Of a DNA stretch of 34,102 nt, positions 10,271-19,257 are shown piece by piece; position 1 is the stretch's first letter, and the number at the start of each line of letters is the position of its first letter. A program made the translations under genes and the position numbers. This DNA is from an uncultured Bacillota bacterium (lineage in GTDB: Bacteria > Bacillota_I > Bacilli_A > RF39 > UBA660): assembly GCA_900313725.1 (NCBI GenBank), contig OMSK01000030.1:1-34102 (forward strand), in the 5' to 3' direction. Under the pieces are notes generated by a model. It worked only from the letters and a program-made list of their open reading frames with translations, was not told where the DNA came from and ran no database searches.

Positions 10271-11031
10271 ATTTCTATTAACTCCGTTTTTTCTTCTTGA
10301 CTAGATATTATTATATTATCAAATTTAATATCATTTTCTTTTAATTTATTTTTTAATGTATTTAATGCTACTTCAGGATCATTATTTTCATGACTTAAGT
10401 GAATTAGTACTATATTTTTAGTATCTTTTCCTATATAGTCAACCAAATATTTAGCTGACATTTCATTTGATAAATGGCCTTTATCTGATAGAATTCTTTG
10501 TTTTAAATGATATGGATATTTTCCATTTTGCAACATTTTAACATCATGGTTACTTTCCATAATATAGATATTTTTATTTGTTAATTTTTCTTTATATTTT
10601 CTATTTAAATAACCGGTATCTGTTATATATACAATTGATTTATTTAATTCTTTAAAAATATAGCCATTTGAATCAGATGCATCATGTGATGTTTTAAATA
10701 CTTCAACATCTAAATCATTAATACTAAAATCTTTATCAATTATTTCATAGTTTTGTAAATCAAATATTTCTTTTATATCTTTTAACATTTTTTCTGTTAA
10801 ATATACTTTTGTACTATATTTTTTTGTAAAAACTCTTAATCCATTAATATGATCTACATGTGTATGTGTTAGTATAATAGCATCTATATCCTTAGGATCT
10901 ACATTTAAACTTTTTAATTTAGTTTCTACATATAAACAAGTCATACCTAAATCAACTAATACTTTCGTATTAGTTGTTTCTATATATGAATTATTTCCTT
11001 TTGAACCGCTTGCGAGTACAGATATTTTCAT
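10267..11031 (-). CDS. walJ: MBL-fold metallohydrolase (WalJ/YycJ)
   Basis: LASGSKGN, THTHVDH, TDTG, ESNHD, GHLSN; conserved adjacency to rlmH. Confidence 0.85.
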   Translation of the reverse strand: MKISVLASGSKGNNSYIETTNTKVLVDLGMTCLYVETKLKSLNVDPKDIDAIILTHTHVDHINGLRVFTKKYSTKVYLTEKMLKDIKEIFDLQNYEIIDKDFSINDLDVEVFKTSHDASDSNGYIFKELNKSIVYITDTGYLNRKYKEKLTNKNIYIMESNHDVKMLQNGKYPYHLKQRILSDKGHLSNEMSAKYLVDYIGKDTKNIVLIHLSHENNDPEVALNTLKNKLKENDIKFDNIIISSQEEKTELIEI

Positions 11032-12368
11032 TATTGTTCCTCTTTATTTGTAAAATTAACAAATGTAGAAGTATTTCTTTTAAATATTAAATCCACTGTT
11101 GCGGTAGGACCATTACGATGTTTTCTAATAATAAATTCACTTTGAGATGTATTTTCATCTATGGATGCTTCTTTATTATAATAATCATCTCTGTATAAGA
11201 ATGCGACTAAATCGGCATCTTGTTCAATAGATCCAGACTCTCTTAAATCACTAAGCATTGGTCTTTTATCATCTCTTGCTTCTACAGAACGAGATAATTG
11301 AGCTAATGCGACTATTGGAATTGCTAATTCCATAGCAAGAGTTTTAAGTGATCTTGATATTTCAGAAATTTCTTGTTGTCTATTACCAGTGTACGTTCCT
11401 AAATTAATTAATTGTAGGTAGTCAATTACTATAAGACCTAAATCTCCTTCAGAAGCTAATCTTCTACATACAGCTCTTATTTCATTTAGTGTTATACTTA
11501 GATTATCATTTATATAAATATTTGTTTCTGCTAATCTAGATATTGCTTCATTAACTCTTTTCCAATCATTATGTTCTAATCTTCCTTTTGTTAATTTAAC
11601 ACCATCTATTTGTCCTTCAGATGATAACATACGCATTGCTAATTGTTCTGCGTTCATTTCTAGGTTAAATATTGCTACTTTTTTTCCAGAGGCTTTTGCT
11701 GCATTTGTAGCTAAGTTAAGTGCAAATGCAGTTTTACCCATGGCAGGTCTTGCTGCTATAATTATCAATTGGTTTGGTTGTAATCCACTAGTTATTTTAT
11801 CTAATGCATAAAAACCTGTTGATAATCCTGTTATTTCGCCTTTTAATTGAGAAAGTTTTTCTAGATCTTCTTGTGCTTTAAATAACACCTCTTGTATAGA
11901 TCTAAATTCTGAACCTGTTCTTGTTTTAGAAATAGTCATCATATTTTTTTCTGATTTATCTAGTAATTCATCTAATGATGAATCCCAATTATAACTATCT
12001 GTTTCTATTTCTTGTGCAGTTTCTATTAATCTTCTTCTAATTGCTTTTTCTCTTACTATTTTTATATATTCTTCTACATTTGCAGCACTTGGTACAATTG
12101 TAGTTAATTCACTTAAATATTCAACTCCACCTACTGACGCTAATTGTTTTTTATTATTTAATTCTGATGTTACTATAGTAATATCTATTGGAGTCCCTTT
12201 TTCTGATAATTCTTTAATACAATCAAATATACGAGCATGTCTTTCATCATAAAATAAATCTTTATTTAATGATTCCACACATTTTTGTAATGCTTTTTTA
12301 CTAAAAAACATTGAACCTATAACTGATTGTTCAGCTGCTAAATCATTAGGCATTACTTTATTATTCAT
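11031..12368 (-). CDS. dnaB: replicative DNA helicase
   Basis: AARPAMGKT Walker A, IDYLQL, DLRESGSIEQDAD, KHRNGP. Confidence 0.97.
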   Translation of the reverse strand: MNNKVMPNDLAAEQSVIGSMFFSKKALQKCVESLNKDLFYDERHARIFDCIKELSEKGTPIDITIVTSELNNKKQLASVGGVEYLSELTTIVPSAANVEEYIKIVREKAIRRRLIETAQEIETDSYNWDSSLDELLDKSEKNMMTISKTRTGSEFRSIQEVLFKAQEDLEKLSQLKGEITGLSTGFYALDKITSGLQPNQLIIIAARPAMGKTAFALNLATNAAKASGKKVAIFNLEMNAEQLAMRMLSSEGQIDGVKLTKGRLEHNDWKRVNEAISRLAETNIYINDNLSITLNEIRAVCRRLASEGDLGLIVIDYLQLINLGTYTGNRQQEISEISRSLKTLAMELAIPIVALAQLSRSVEARDDKRPMLSDLRESGSIEQDADLVAFLYRDDYYNKEASIDENTSQSEFIIRKHRNGPTATVDLIFKRNTSTFVNFTNKEEQ

Positions 12369-12372
12369 AATA

Positions 12373-12816
12373 TCACTCCTTTACTACATTAACTTTTATT
12401 GTAGCTTTTACTTGTTTGTGTAATTCTATTTCAATATTATGTGTTCCTAAAGATGTTATAGGATGATCTAATAAAATTTGTGTTTTTTCTATTTTATATC
12501 CTAATTTTGATAGTTCTTCTTTTATTTGTTTTGTAGATATTTGTCCAAACATCATTTCTTGTTTACCAGTTTTTACTTTAAATACTAATTTTTCCTTTTC
12601 AAGTTTTGTTTTTATTTGATTACATTCACCAATTAGTAAATTTTCTTCTAATCGTCTATTTTCTAAATCACTATTTAATTTTTTCATAGTATTTGTATTA
12701 GCTGGTACTGCATATCCTAGTTTAATTAAGTAATTTTTTGCATATCCATCTTTTACTTCTTTTACTTCATCTTTTTTGCCTTGACCTTTAACATCTTTTG
12801 TGAATATTACTTTCAT
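12373..12816 (-). CDS. rplI: 50S ribosomal protein L9
   Basis: MKVIF..DVKGQG..VKDGYAKNYLI. Confidence 0.97.
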   Translation of the reverse strand: MKVIFTKDVKGQGKKDEVKEVKDGYAKNYLIKLGYAVPANTNTMKKLNSDLENRRLEENLLIGECNQIKTKLEKEKLVFKVKTGKQEMMFGQISTKQIKEELSKLGYKIEKTQILLDHPITSLGTHNIEIELHKQVKATIKVNVVKE

Positions 12817-12870
12817 TCAATCACATCCTTTAGTTGTATTTTTTATTATACTAAAATTATTTATAAAATA

Positions 12871-13782
12871 CTAGTTTTTTTCTTTTATTTTTTTTGCTAA
12901 TTCTGTAATTTTTTTCATTCTATGATATATACCAGATTTAGTAATTGAATTACCTGTTTCAATTGTTATTATTTCTGATAATTCTGTTAATGATACTTCT
13001 GGATATTTTTTTCGATATTTTAATACTTGTTTTACTTTATCATCTAATAAATCAACCGCATCATTTTGTTCTAATATTTCTATATCTTTTATTTGATTAG
13101 TAGCGGTTTCTATTATTCTATCTACATTTGCCTGTTCACAATTATTTAATCTATTTGTCATATTTTTATGATCTCTATAAATTCTTATATCTTCAAAATA
13201 GAATACAGCATTTGTAGCGTTTATTATTCTTAAAAAATCTCCTATTTTTTCTGCTTCCTTTATATATATCATATATTTATTTTCTCTTTTTAAAATTTTA
13301 CTATTTAGTCTAAAATTATTTAATAGCTTATTTATAAATTCTGCATATTCTTTTGTATCTACTAAAAATTCTAAATGATATCTAGATTTTTTAGGATCAT
13401 TAATTGATCCACTACCTAGAAAAACTCCCATTAAATATGCACGTTGAAGTTCAATATCATCTACTATATATTCTTCTGGAATATTATTATTTAGACTTAG
13501 TTTTTTTAATATTTTATCTACATCATGATTTATTTCTATTATATAAATATAATTTTTATTAAAATTATATCCACGTCGTACAGTTATTTTTGAAACATAA
13601 TTAAATAATTCCTTAACTAATGTAAAGATTCTTCTAGCAACACTGGCATTTTCTGTTGTAATTTTGATACTTTTATCTATAACAGCTGTATTCTTTATAA
13701 TTGCTGATAATTCTGTTATAGAATCAATCTCATTTATTTCTAATTTACTTACCTCATTTTTTACTGTACTTGTAAATGACAT
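12871..13782 (-). CDS. whiA: DNA-binding protein WhiA
   Basis: MSFTSTVKNE, GSINDP..YHLE, NRLNNCEQAN, TKSGIYHR. Confidence 0.95.
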   Translation of the reverse strand: MSFTSTVKNEVSKLEINEIDSITELSAIIKNTAVIDKSIKITTENASVARRIFTLVKELFNYVSKITVRRGYNFNKNYIYIIEINHDVDKILKKLSLNNNIPEEYIVDDIELQRAYLMGVFLGSGSINDPKKSRYHLEFLVDTKEYAEFINKLLNNFRLNSKILKRENKYMIYIKEAEKIGDFLRIINATNAVFYFEDIRIYRDHKNMTNRLNNCEQANVDRIIETATNQIKDIEILEQNDAVDLLDDKVKQVLKYRKKYPEVSLTELSEIITIETGNSITKSGIYHRMKKITELAKKIKEKN

Positions 13783-13786
13783 TTTA

Positions 13787-14731
13787 TCACCTTACCATAT
13801 ATGAATATATATCTAAAGCTAATTTATCAACATTATGTCTAATCATATTATTATTAATATTAACATAATTGTTTTCTATTAGTTCAACTTTCATATTTTC
13901 TATTTCTTTTTTATCTAATAATACTGGATCTTTTTGTTCCTCTATAACATATTTGTCTGCAATTTCTTTTGTAATTATTCCATTATTAGAAATTACTACA
14001 TCTACTTTATGTTTACCTAAATAATTATTAAGTATTTTAATATGATCACTTACTTTAAAATTATCTGTTTCACCTGGTTGAGTAACCATATTACATACAT
14101 ACATTATTTTTTTATTTGATTTATCTAATTCATTTATTATATCTCTACATATTAAATTAGGTATTATACTTGTATATAAACTTCCCATACTAAGTATTAC
14201 TAAATCTGCTTCTTCTATTGATTTTAATACTTCTTTTGAAATTGTTGGTTCTTCTTCATAATAAACTCTTTTAACTTGTTTATGTGCTTCAGTAATATTG
14301 TGTTCACCTACTATTGTAGTATTATCACTCATTTCAGCAATTAATGTTATATCATCTTCTGTTAAAGGTAATACTCTTCCTTTTAAATTTAATATTTTTG
14401 ATAATGCTTCTATTCCATCACTCATATTACCTGTAATATTAGCCATTGCGGTTAATAATAAATTACCTACAGCATGGCCATTTAAATCACTTGTTGTTTT
14501 AAATCTATAGTTTAATAATTCTTCTACTAGTGGTTCAGTTTCTGATAAAGAAACCATTACCTTTCTTATATCTCCCATGGCTGGTTGATGAAATTCTTTT
14601 CTTAATCTTCCTGTACTCATTCCATCATCACATACTGATACAATAGATGTAATTTCAATTGGAAAATTTTTTAATCCCTTAAGTAGAGTTGACATTCCAG
14701 TACCTCCACCTAATATAACGACTTTTTTCAT
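13787..14731 (-). CDS. yvcK: YvcK/GlmR UDP-GlcNAc-binding protein
   Basis: GGGTG, DDGMSTGRLR, GSLYTSIIPNL, TQPGET. Confidence 0.93.
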   Translation of the reverse strand: MKKVVILGGGTGMSTLLKGLKNFPIEITSIVSVCDDGMSTGRLRKEFHQPAMGDIRKVMVSLSETEPLVEELLNYRFKTTSDLNGHAVGNLLLTAMANITGNMSDGIEALSKILNLKGRVLPLTEDDITLIAEMSDNTTIVGEHNITEAHKQVKRVYYEEEPTISKEVLKSIEEADLVILSMGSLYTSIIPNLICRDIINELDKSNKKIMYVCNMVTQPGETDNFKVSDHIKILNNYLGKHKVDVVISNNGIITKEIADKYVIEEQKDPVLLDKKEIENMKVELIENNYVNINNNMIRHNVDKLALDIYSYMVR

Positions 14732-14770
14732 TGTATCACCTCTTTAATTATATAACAAAAAAGAGTTTTT

Positions 14771-15553
14771 TTAAACTCTTATCTCTTCTTTTTTTTGTTT
14801 TAAAGAATATATTAATACTCCTATTCCAATTAATATAAATATTATTGATATTAATTGAGCTATTCTAATATTTAAAAACATTAAACTATCTGTTCGAAGT
14901 GTTTCAATTAAATATCTTCCTATTCCATACCATATAAAATATATGGATGTTAGAAGTCCTAATCTATTTATTTTAGTTTTTCTAATTATTAACATTGATA
15001 TTAATCCTATTAAGTTCCATATTGATTCGTATAAAAAAGTTGGTTGATGATAACTTCCATCTATATACATTCCATCTATTATAAAGTTAGGTAAATGTAG
15101 TGATTTTAAAAAACTTAATGATGTAGTTGGTCCATAGGCTTCTCCATTCATAAAATTTCCCCATCTACCTATTATTTGACCCAATATTAAACTAACAACC
15201 AAAATATCTAGCATTTTTATAATATTGATTTTATTTTTTTTAGTAAAATATAATAAACATAAAAATCCTGCTATTATACCACCATGTATAGCAAGACCAC
15301 CTTCCCATACTTTAAATATATCCATTGGATATGTTTTATAATACTCTAATTCAAATAAAACATAATAGATACGTGCTCCTATTAAACAAATAGGAATTGT
15401 GTAAAACATAAAATCTTCTAATTTATCTTTTGGAATACCTTGTTTTTTTGCTTCTTTTAATATTAGTAAACAACCAATTGTAAATGATAATAATAATATT
15501 ATTGAATACCAATATATTATTATATTACCAAATTGTAAAAAGATTGGATTCAT
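14771..15553 (-). CDS. lgt: prolipoprotein diacylglyceryl transferase
   Basis: GARIYYV, GGLAIHGG, GRWGNFMNGE, PTFLYES, ETLRTD. Confidence 0.96.
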   Translation of the reverse strand: MNPIFLQFGNIIIYWYSIILLLSFTIGCLLILKEAKKQGIPKDKLEDFMFYTIPICLIGARIYYVLFELEYYKTYPMDIFKVWEGGLAIHGGIIAGFLCLLYFTKKNKINIIKMLDILVVSLILGQIIGRWGNFMNGEAYGPTTSLSFLKSLHLPNFIIDGMYIDGSYHQPTFLYESIWNLIGLISMLIIRKTKINRLGLLTSIYFIWYGIGRYLIETLRTDSLMFLNIRIAQLISIIFILIGIGVLIYSLKQKKEEIRV

Positions 15554-15554
15554 T

Positions 15555-15965
15555 TTATTTTCCTTTCTTTAATACTGGTTTTATTACTATCTCATCCATT
15601 AAAAAATTCATAATTGATATTATAATTGCGATAAATAATGGTAATAAAATACCTTTTATAGTTAGGTGATTACCAAATATAAAATCAACAAATTTTAATA
15701 TAAATAAATTTATAAAAGGATAGAATATACCTAGTGTTAATGCTGTTATAGGTAGTGTTAATTTAAATATTATTGGTTTAACTTTTTTATTTAAGAAATA
15801 TATTACAGTTGATATTAGTATTCCCCATAAACCTAAATAACTGTTATCTATAGCAATAGTTTTTCTAAATATCATAGACATTAGTAATAAAATTAATGCA
15901 TAACCCATTATATATATTAAATTTTCAAGTAATCTAATTTTTTTAATTTTTGTTAACATAAGCAT
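15555..15965 (-). CDS. YvlD-like 4-TM (phage holin superfamily IV) membrane protein
   Basis: LNKKVKPIIFKLTLPITALTLGIF..IN signature; synteny with uvrB and lgt. Confidence 0.75.
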   Translation of the reverse strand: MLMLTKIKKIRLLENLIYIMGYALILLLMSMIFRKTIAIDNSYLGLWGILISTVIYFLNKKVKPIIFKLTLPITALTLGIFYPFINLFILKFVDFIFGNHLTIKGILLPLFIAIIISIMNFLMDEIVIKPVLKKGK

Positions 15966-15985
15966 CCCTCTTTATAATTATATCA

Positions 15986-17941
15986 TTATTCACTTTTTAA
16001 CTCAAATAAAATATCTCTTAATTCCATAGCTCTTTCAAAGTCTAAATTATCAGCAGCTATTTTCATTTCTGATTCAATATTGTTTATTAAATCTATTTTT
16101 TCTTCTTTGGTTAATGTTTTATTTACTTCTTTTTCGACTTCTTCGTTATTAGATATAACTTCTGGTATATCTTTAATAATTGTTTGTGGAATAATATTAT
16201 GTTCTTTATTATATTGTTCTTGTATTTTTCTTCTTCTTTCAGTTTCAGTTATAGCTATTTTCATAGAATCACTTATAGTATCTGCATACATAATAACATG
16301 TCCATTACTATTACGAGCAGCTCTACCTATAGTTTGAATTAAAGATCTATCACTTCTTAAGAATCCTTGTTTATCTGCATCCATTATAGCTACTAAAGAT
16401 ACTTCTGGTATATCTAATCCTTCTCTAAGTAGATTAATTCCTACTAATACATCATATTTACCAATACGTAAATCTCTTATTATTTGTAGTCTTTCTAATG
16501 ACTTTATTTCACTATGTAAATAAGCTACTTTAATATCTAATTGTTTTAAATAAGATGTTAATTCTTCAGCCATACGTATTGTTAGTGTTGTAACAAGTAC
16601 TCTTTCATTATTATTTTTTCTTATATTTATTTGTTCTATTAAATCATCTATTTGATTATTTGTTGGTTTTACTTCTATTTCTGGATCTAATAATCCAGTT
16701 GGTCTAATAATTTGTTCAGCATACTGATTATTTACCTTTTCTAATTCATAATCACCTGGAGTAGCTGAAATACATATTACTTGATCTATTTTATTTTCAA
16801 ATTCTTCAAATTTTAATGGTCTATTATCTTTAGCACTTGGTAATCTAAATCCATAATCAACTAAAGATTGTTTTCTCATTTGATCACCATTATACATACC
16901 TCTAACTTGTGGTAAAGTAACATGTGATTCATCCACCACTAATAAAAAATCATTTTCAAAAAAATCCATTAAAGTAGTTGGAGTTGCTCCTGGTTGTTTT
17001 AAGGCTAAATGTCTAGAATAATTTTCAACACCTCTACAACTACCTGTTTCTGATAACATTTCTAAATCATAGTTTGTTCTTTCTTGAAGTCGTTGTTTTT
17101 CTAATAATTTACCTTCTTTTTCAAAGTATTCTAATTGTTCTTTTAATTCTTCTCTTATATTTTCTATAGCAATTTTTAATTTATCTTCACTAGTTACAAA
17201 GTGGCTTGCTGGAAAAAATGTAATACTTTTTTTGTTGGTAGTTATAGCACCTGTAACTGTATCATATTCCATTATTCTATCTACTTCATCACCAAAAAAG
17301 TCTATTCTTATAGCTTTTCCATGTTGATTAATAGGCATAATTTCTAGAATATCTCCTCTTACTCTAAATGTACCTCTTTTTAATTCTAAATTATTTCTTT
17401 CATATTGCATATCTACTAATTGTAGTAAGATTTGTTCTCTATCAACATTATCACCGACATTTAATGTAAGCATTTTATTTTTATATTCTTCAATTTCACC
17501 TATACCATATATACAAGAAACTGAAGCAACTACAATAACATCTTTTCTATTAAGTAATGCAGATGTTGCAGCATGTCTTAGTTCATCTATCTCATCATTT
17601 ATTGAGGCATCTTTTTCTATATATGTATCTGTTTTAGCAACATATGCTTCCGGTTGATAATAATCATAATAAGATATAAATAAATTTACGGAGTTTTCAG
17701 GAAATAAAGCTTTTAATTCTGCGTATAATTGTCCCGCTAATGTCTTATTATGAGCCAATACCAGTGTGGGTTTATTTACTTCTTTTATAACATTGGCAAT
17801 TGTAAATGTTTTTCCTGTTCCTGTTGCTCCTAAAAGTACTTGCCATTTCTTATTATCATTTATTCCATCAACTAATTTTTTTATTGCTTCTGGTTGATCT
17901 CCACTTGGTTTATATTTTGATTCTAATTTAAAAACATCCAC
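15986..17941 (-). CDS. uvrB: excinuclease ABC subunit B
   Basis: [23 protein letters not shown]-terminal UVR domain; likely GTG start at 17941 behind AGGGTGA (ORF track start 17959). Confidence 0.97.
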   Translation of the reverse strand: MDVFKLESKYKPSGDQPEAIKKLVDGINDNKKWQVLLGATGTGKTFTIANVIKEVNKPTLVLAHNKTLAGQLYAELKALFPENSVNLFISYYDYYQPEAYVAKTDTYIEKDASINDEIDELRHAATSALLNRKDVIVVASVSCIYGIGEIEEYKNKMLTLNVGDNVDREQILLQLVDMQYERNNLELKRGTFRVRGDILEIMPINQHGKAIRIDFFGDEVDRIMEYDTVTGAITTNKKSITFFPASHFVTSEDKLKIAIENIREELKEQLEYFEKEGKLLEKQRLQERTNYDLEMLSETGSCRGVENYSRHLALKQPGATPTTLMDFFENDFLLVVDESHVTLPQVRGMYNGDQMRKQSLVDYGFRLPSAKDNRPLKFEEFENKIDQVICISATPGDYELEKVNNQYAEQIIRPTGLLDPEIEVKPTNNQIDDLIEQINIRKNNNERVLVTTLTIRMAEELTSYLKQLDIKVAYLHSEIKSLERLQIIRDLRIGKYDVLVGINLLREGLDIPEVSLVAIMDADKQGFLRSDRSLIQTIGRAARNSNGHVIMYADTISDSMKIAITETERRRKIQEQYNKEHNIIPQTIIKDIPEVISNNEEVEKEVNKTLTKEEKIDLINNIESEMKIAADNLDFERAMELRDILFELKSE

Positions 17942-17990
17942 ATTATCACCCTTTTTCACTAACTTATTTTATCATTTATTTAAAAAGAAA

Positions 17991-18009
17991 ACAAGGAATA
18001 ATTCCTTGT
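17991..18009 (-). terminator. hairpin terminator after the 74-aa gene
   Basis: ACAAGGAA-taa-TTCCTTGT followed by a T-rich tract on the minus strand. Confidence 0.55.
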
Positions 18010-18012
18010 ATT

Positions 18013-18237
18013 TTATCTATGTGATTTTGCTAGTTCTTGTTGTTCTGGATTTTTTTGAATTCCTTCAAGAAGTCCTCTTAAATAATCTCCCTCAGCAGCT
18101 AATCCTTCTTTCATTTTTTCAGATTCTACTTCAGGTGAAAATGATAATCCATCTTGTAATCCTAATTGATATTTTTCTTCTGAACTTAAATTTGTTAAAT
18201 CAACACCATTTATACTTTTAGATATATTTTCTTTCAT
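18013..18237 (-). CDS. small hypothetical protein
   Basis: GGGGAGG RBS, own extended -10 (TGTTATACT, about 18258-18267) and a terminator. Confidence 0.7.
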   Translation of the reverse strand: MKENISKSINGVDLTNLSSEEKYQLGLQDGLSFSPEVESEKMKEGLAAEGDYLRGLLEGIQKNPEQQELAKSHR

Positions 18238-18322
18238 ATTTATACCTCCCCAACTTTAGTATAACATATATATAAATAAAAAAATATCATTTTTTGATAC
18301 TTTTTTTATTTGTTTACACTTT

Positions 18323-19195
18323 TTAGTGTAAATCATTATTATCTAATTGTTTATTATTATCTTCATTAATTTGTTCATAATTTTGTTTTAAATTTTCTTT
18401 TGATTCCATAATTTTAGAAATTATTTTTTTTATAATTATTAAGACAATACCTATAGTTATTTCTAATATTCCTATTATTAATATTTGATCTAATTTTATT
18501 GTTATATTAAATTCAAAATTTTGTCTATTCATTATTTGTTTTACTATATAATTTAATATAAAATATAATCCACATATTAAAATTCCAACTGATATTAAAG
18601 AACTTCCAAATGTTGTCATCCATTTATATAGTGAACCATTTATTATCATTAGCAATATTACACATATTATTATTAATATTATCAATACAATTTGAATATT
18701 ATTTGATGTTAATTTTGCATATATTTTAATTGCTTCTGTAGGTGTATTACCTATTTCCGATTTCATATTTTTAAAACCATCATTAATGGTATTATAAATA
18801 CTATCATGTGTTTCTTGTGATTTCATTTCTGATTCTGTTAGTGGTGCACTTAATAAATTATTAACTGTTTCTTTATTATTTACACAATAATTTACTATAT
18901 TTTGTACCGTTTTTTCACTTACTTTATGATTATTATCAGATAAATAAGTCATATAATCATTTACAACATTATCTATTATTGTTTTAGCTTCTTGATTATT
19001 TATTATTTTATCTATTTCTTTTTCATTATCAATATTATTTTCTATATATTCAGATATAATTTTTTCTTTAGCTACTCCACCAATGATTTGCTTTTTAACT
19101 ACATTTTTAAATATTATATTTAAAGAAAAAAATAATAGTAAAACAAATAATCCTGTACTAATTATAAATGATAAAAAAACTCTTATGTATTTCAT
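18323..19195 (-). CDS. hypothetical membrane protein (N-terminal TM, soluble domain, 3 C-terminal TMs)
   Basis: Hydropathy pattern; AGGTGA RBS suits ATG 19195 (ORF track start 19204). Confidence 0.75.
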   Translation of the reverse strand: MKYIRVFLSFIISTGLFVLLLFFSLNIIFKNVVKKQIIGGVAKEKIISEYIENNIDNEKEIDKIINNQEAKTIIDNVVNDYMTYLSDNNHKVSEKTVQNIVNYCVNNKETVNNLLSAPLTESEMKSQETHDSIYNTINDGFKNMKSEIGNTPTEAIKIYAKLTSNNIQIVLIILIIICVILLMIINGSLYKWMTTFGSSLISVGILICGLYFILNYIVKQIMNRQNFEFNITIKLDQILIIGILEITIGIVLIIIKKIISKIMESKENLKQNYEQINEDNNKQLDNNDLH

Positions 19196-19227
19196 ATTTA
19201 TCACCTATTTAAGTATATCATAGTATT

Positions 19228-19257
19228 AAAAAAAAGTATATTTATTATACTTTTTTT
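19228..19257. terminator. symmetric intrinsic terminator after the noc-like gene
   Basis: AAAAAAAAGTATA-tttat-TATACTTTTTTT. Confidence 0.6.

Noticed and set aside
15555-15965. Prophage suggested by the holin-family gene (with the GH73 hydrolase)
   Set aside because: YvlD-like genes are chromosomal neighbours of uvrB/lgt; the two genes are 12 kb apart; no integrase or phage structural genes seen
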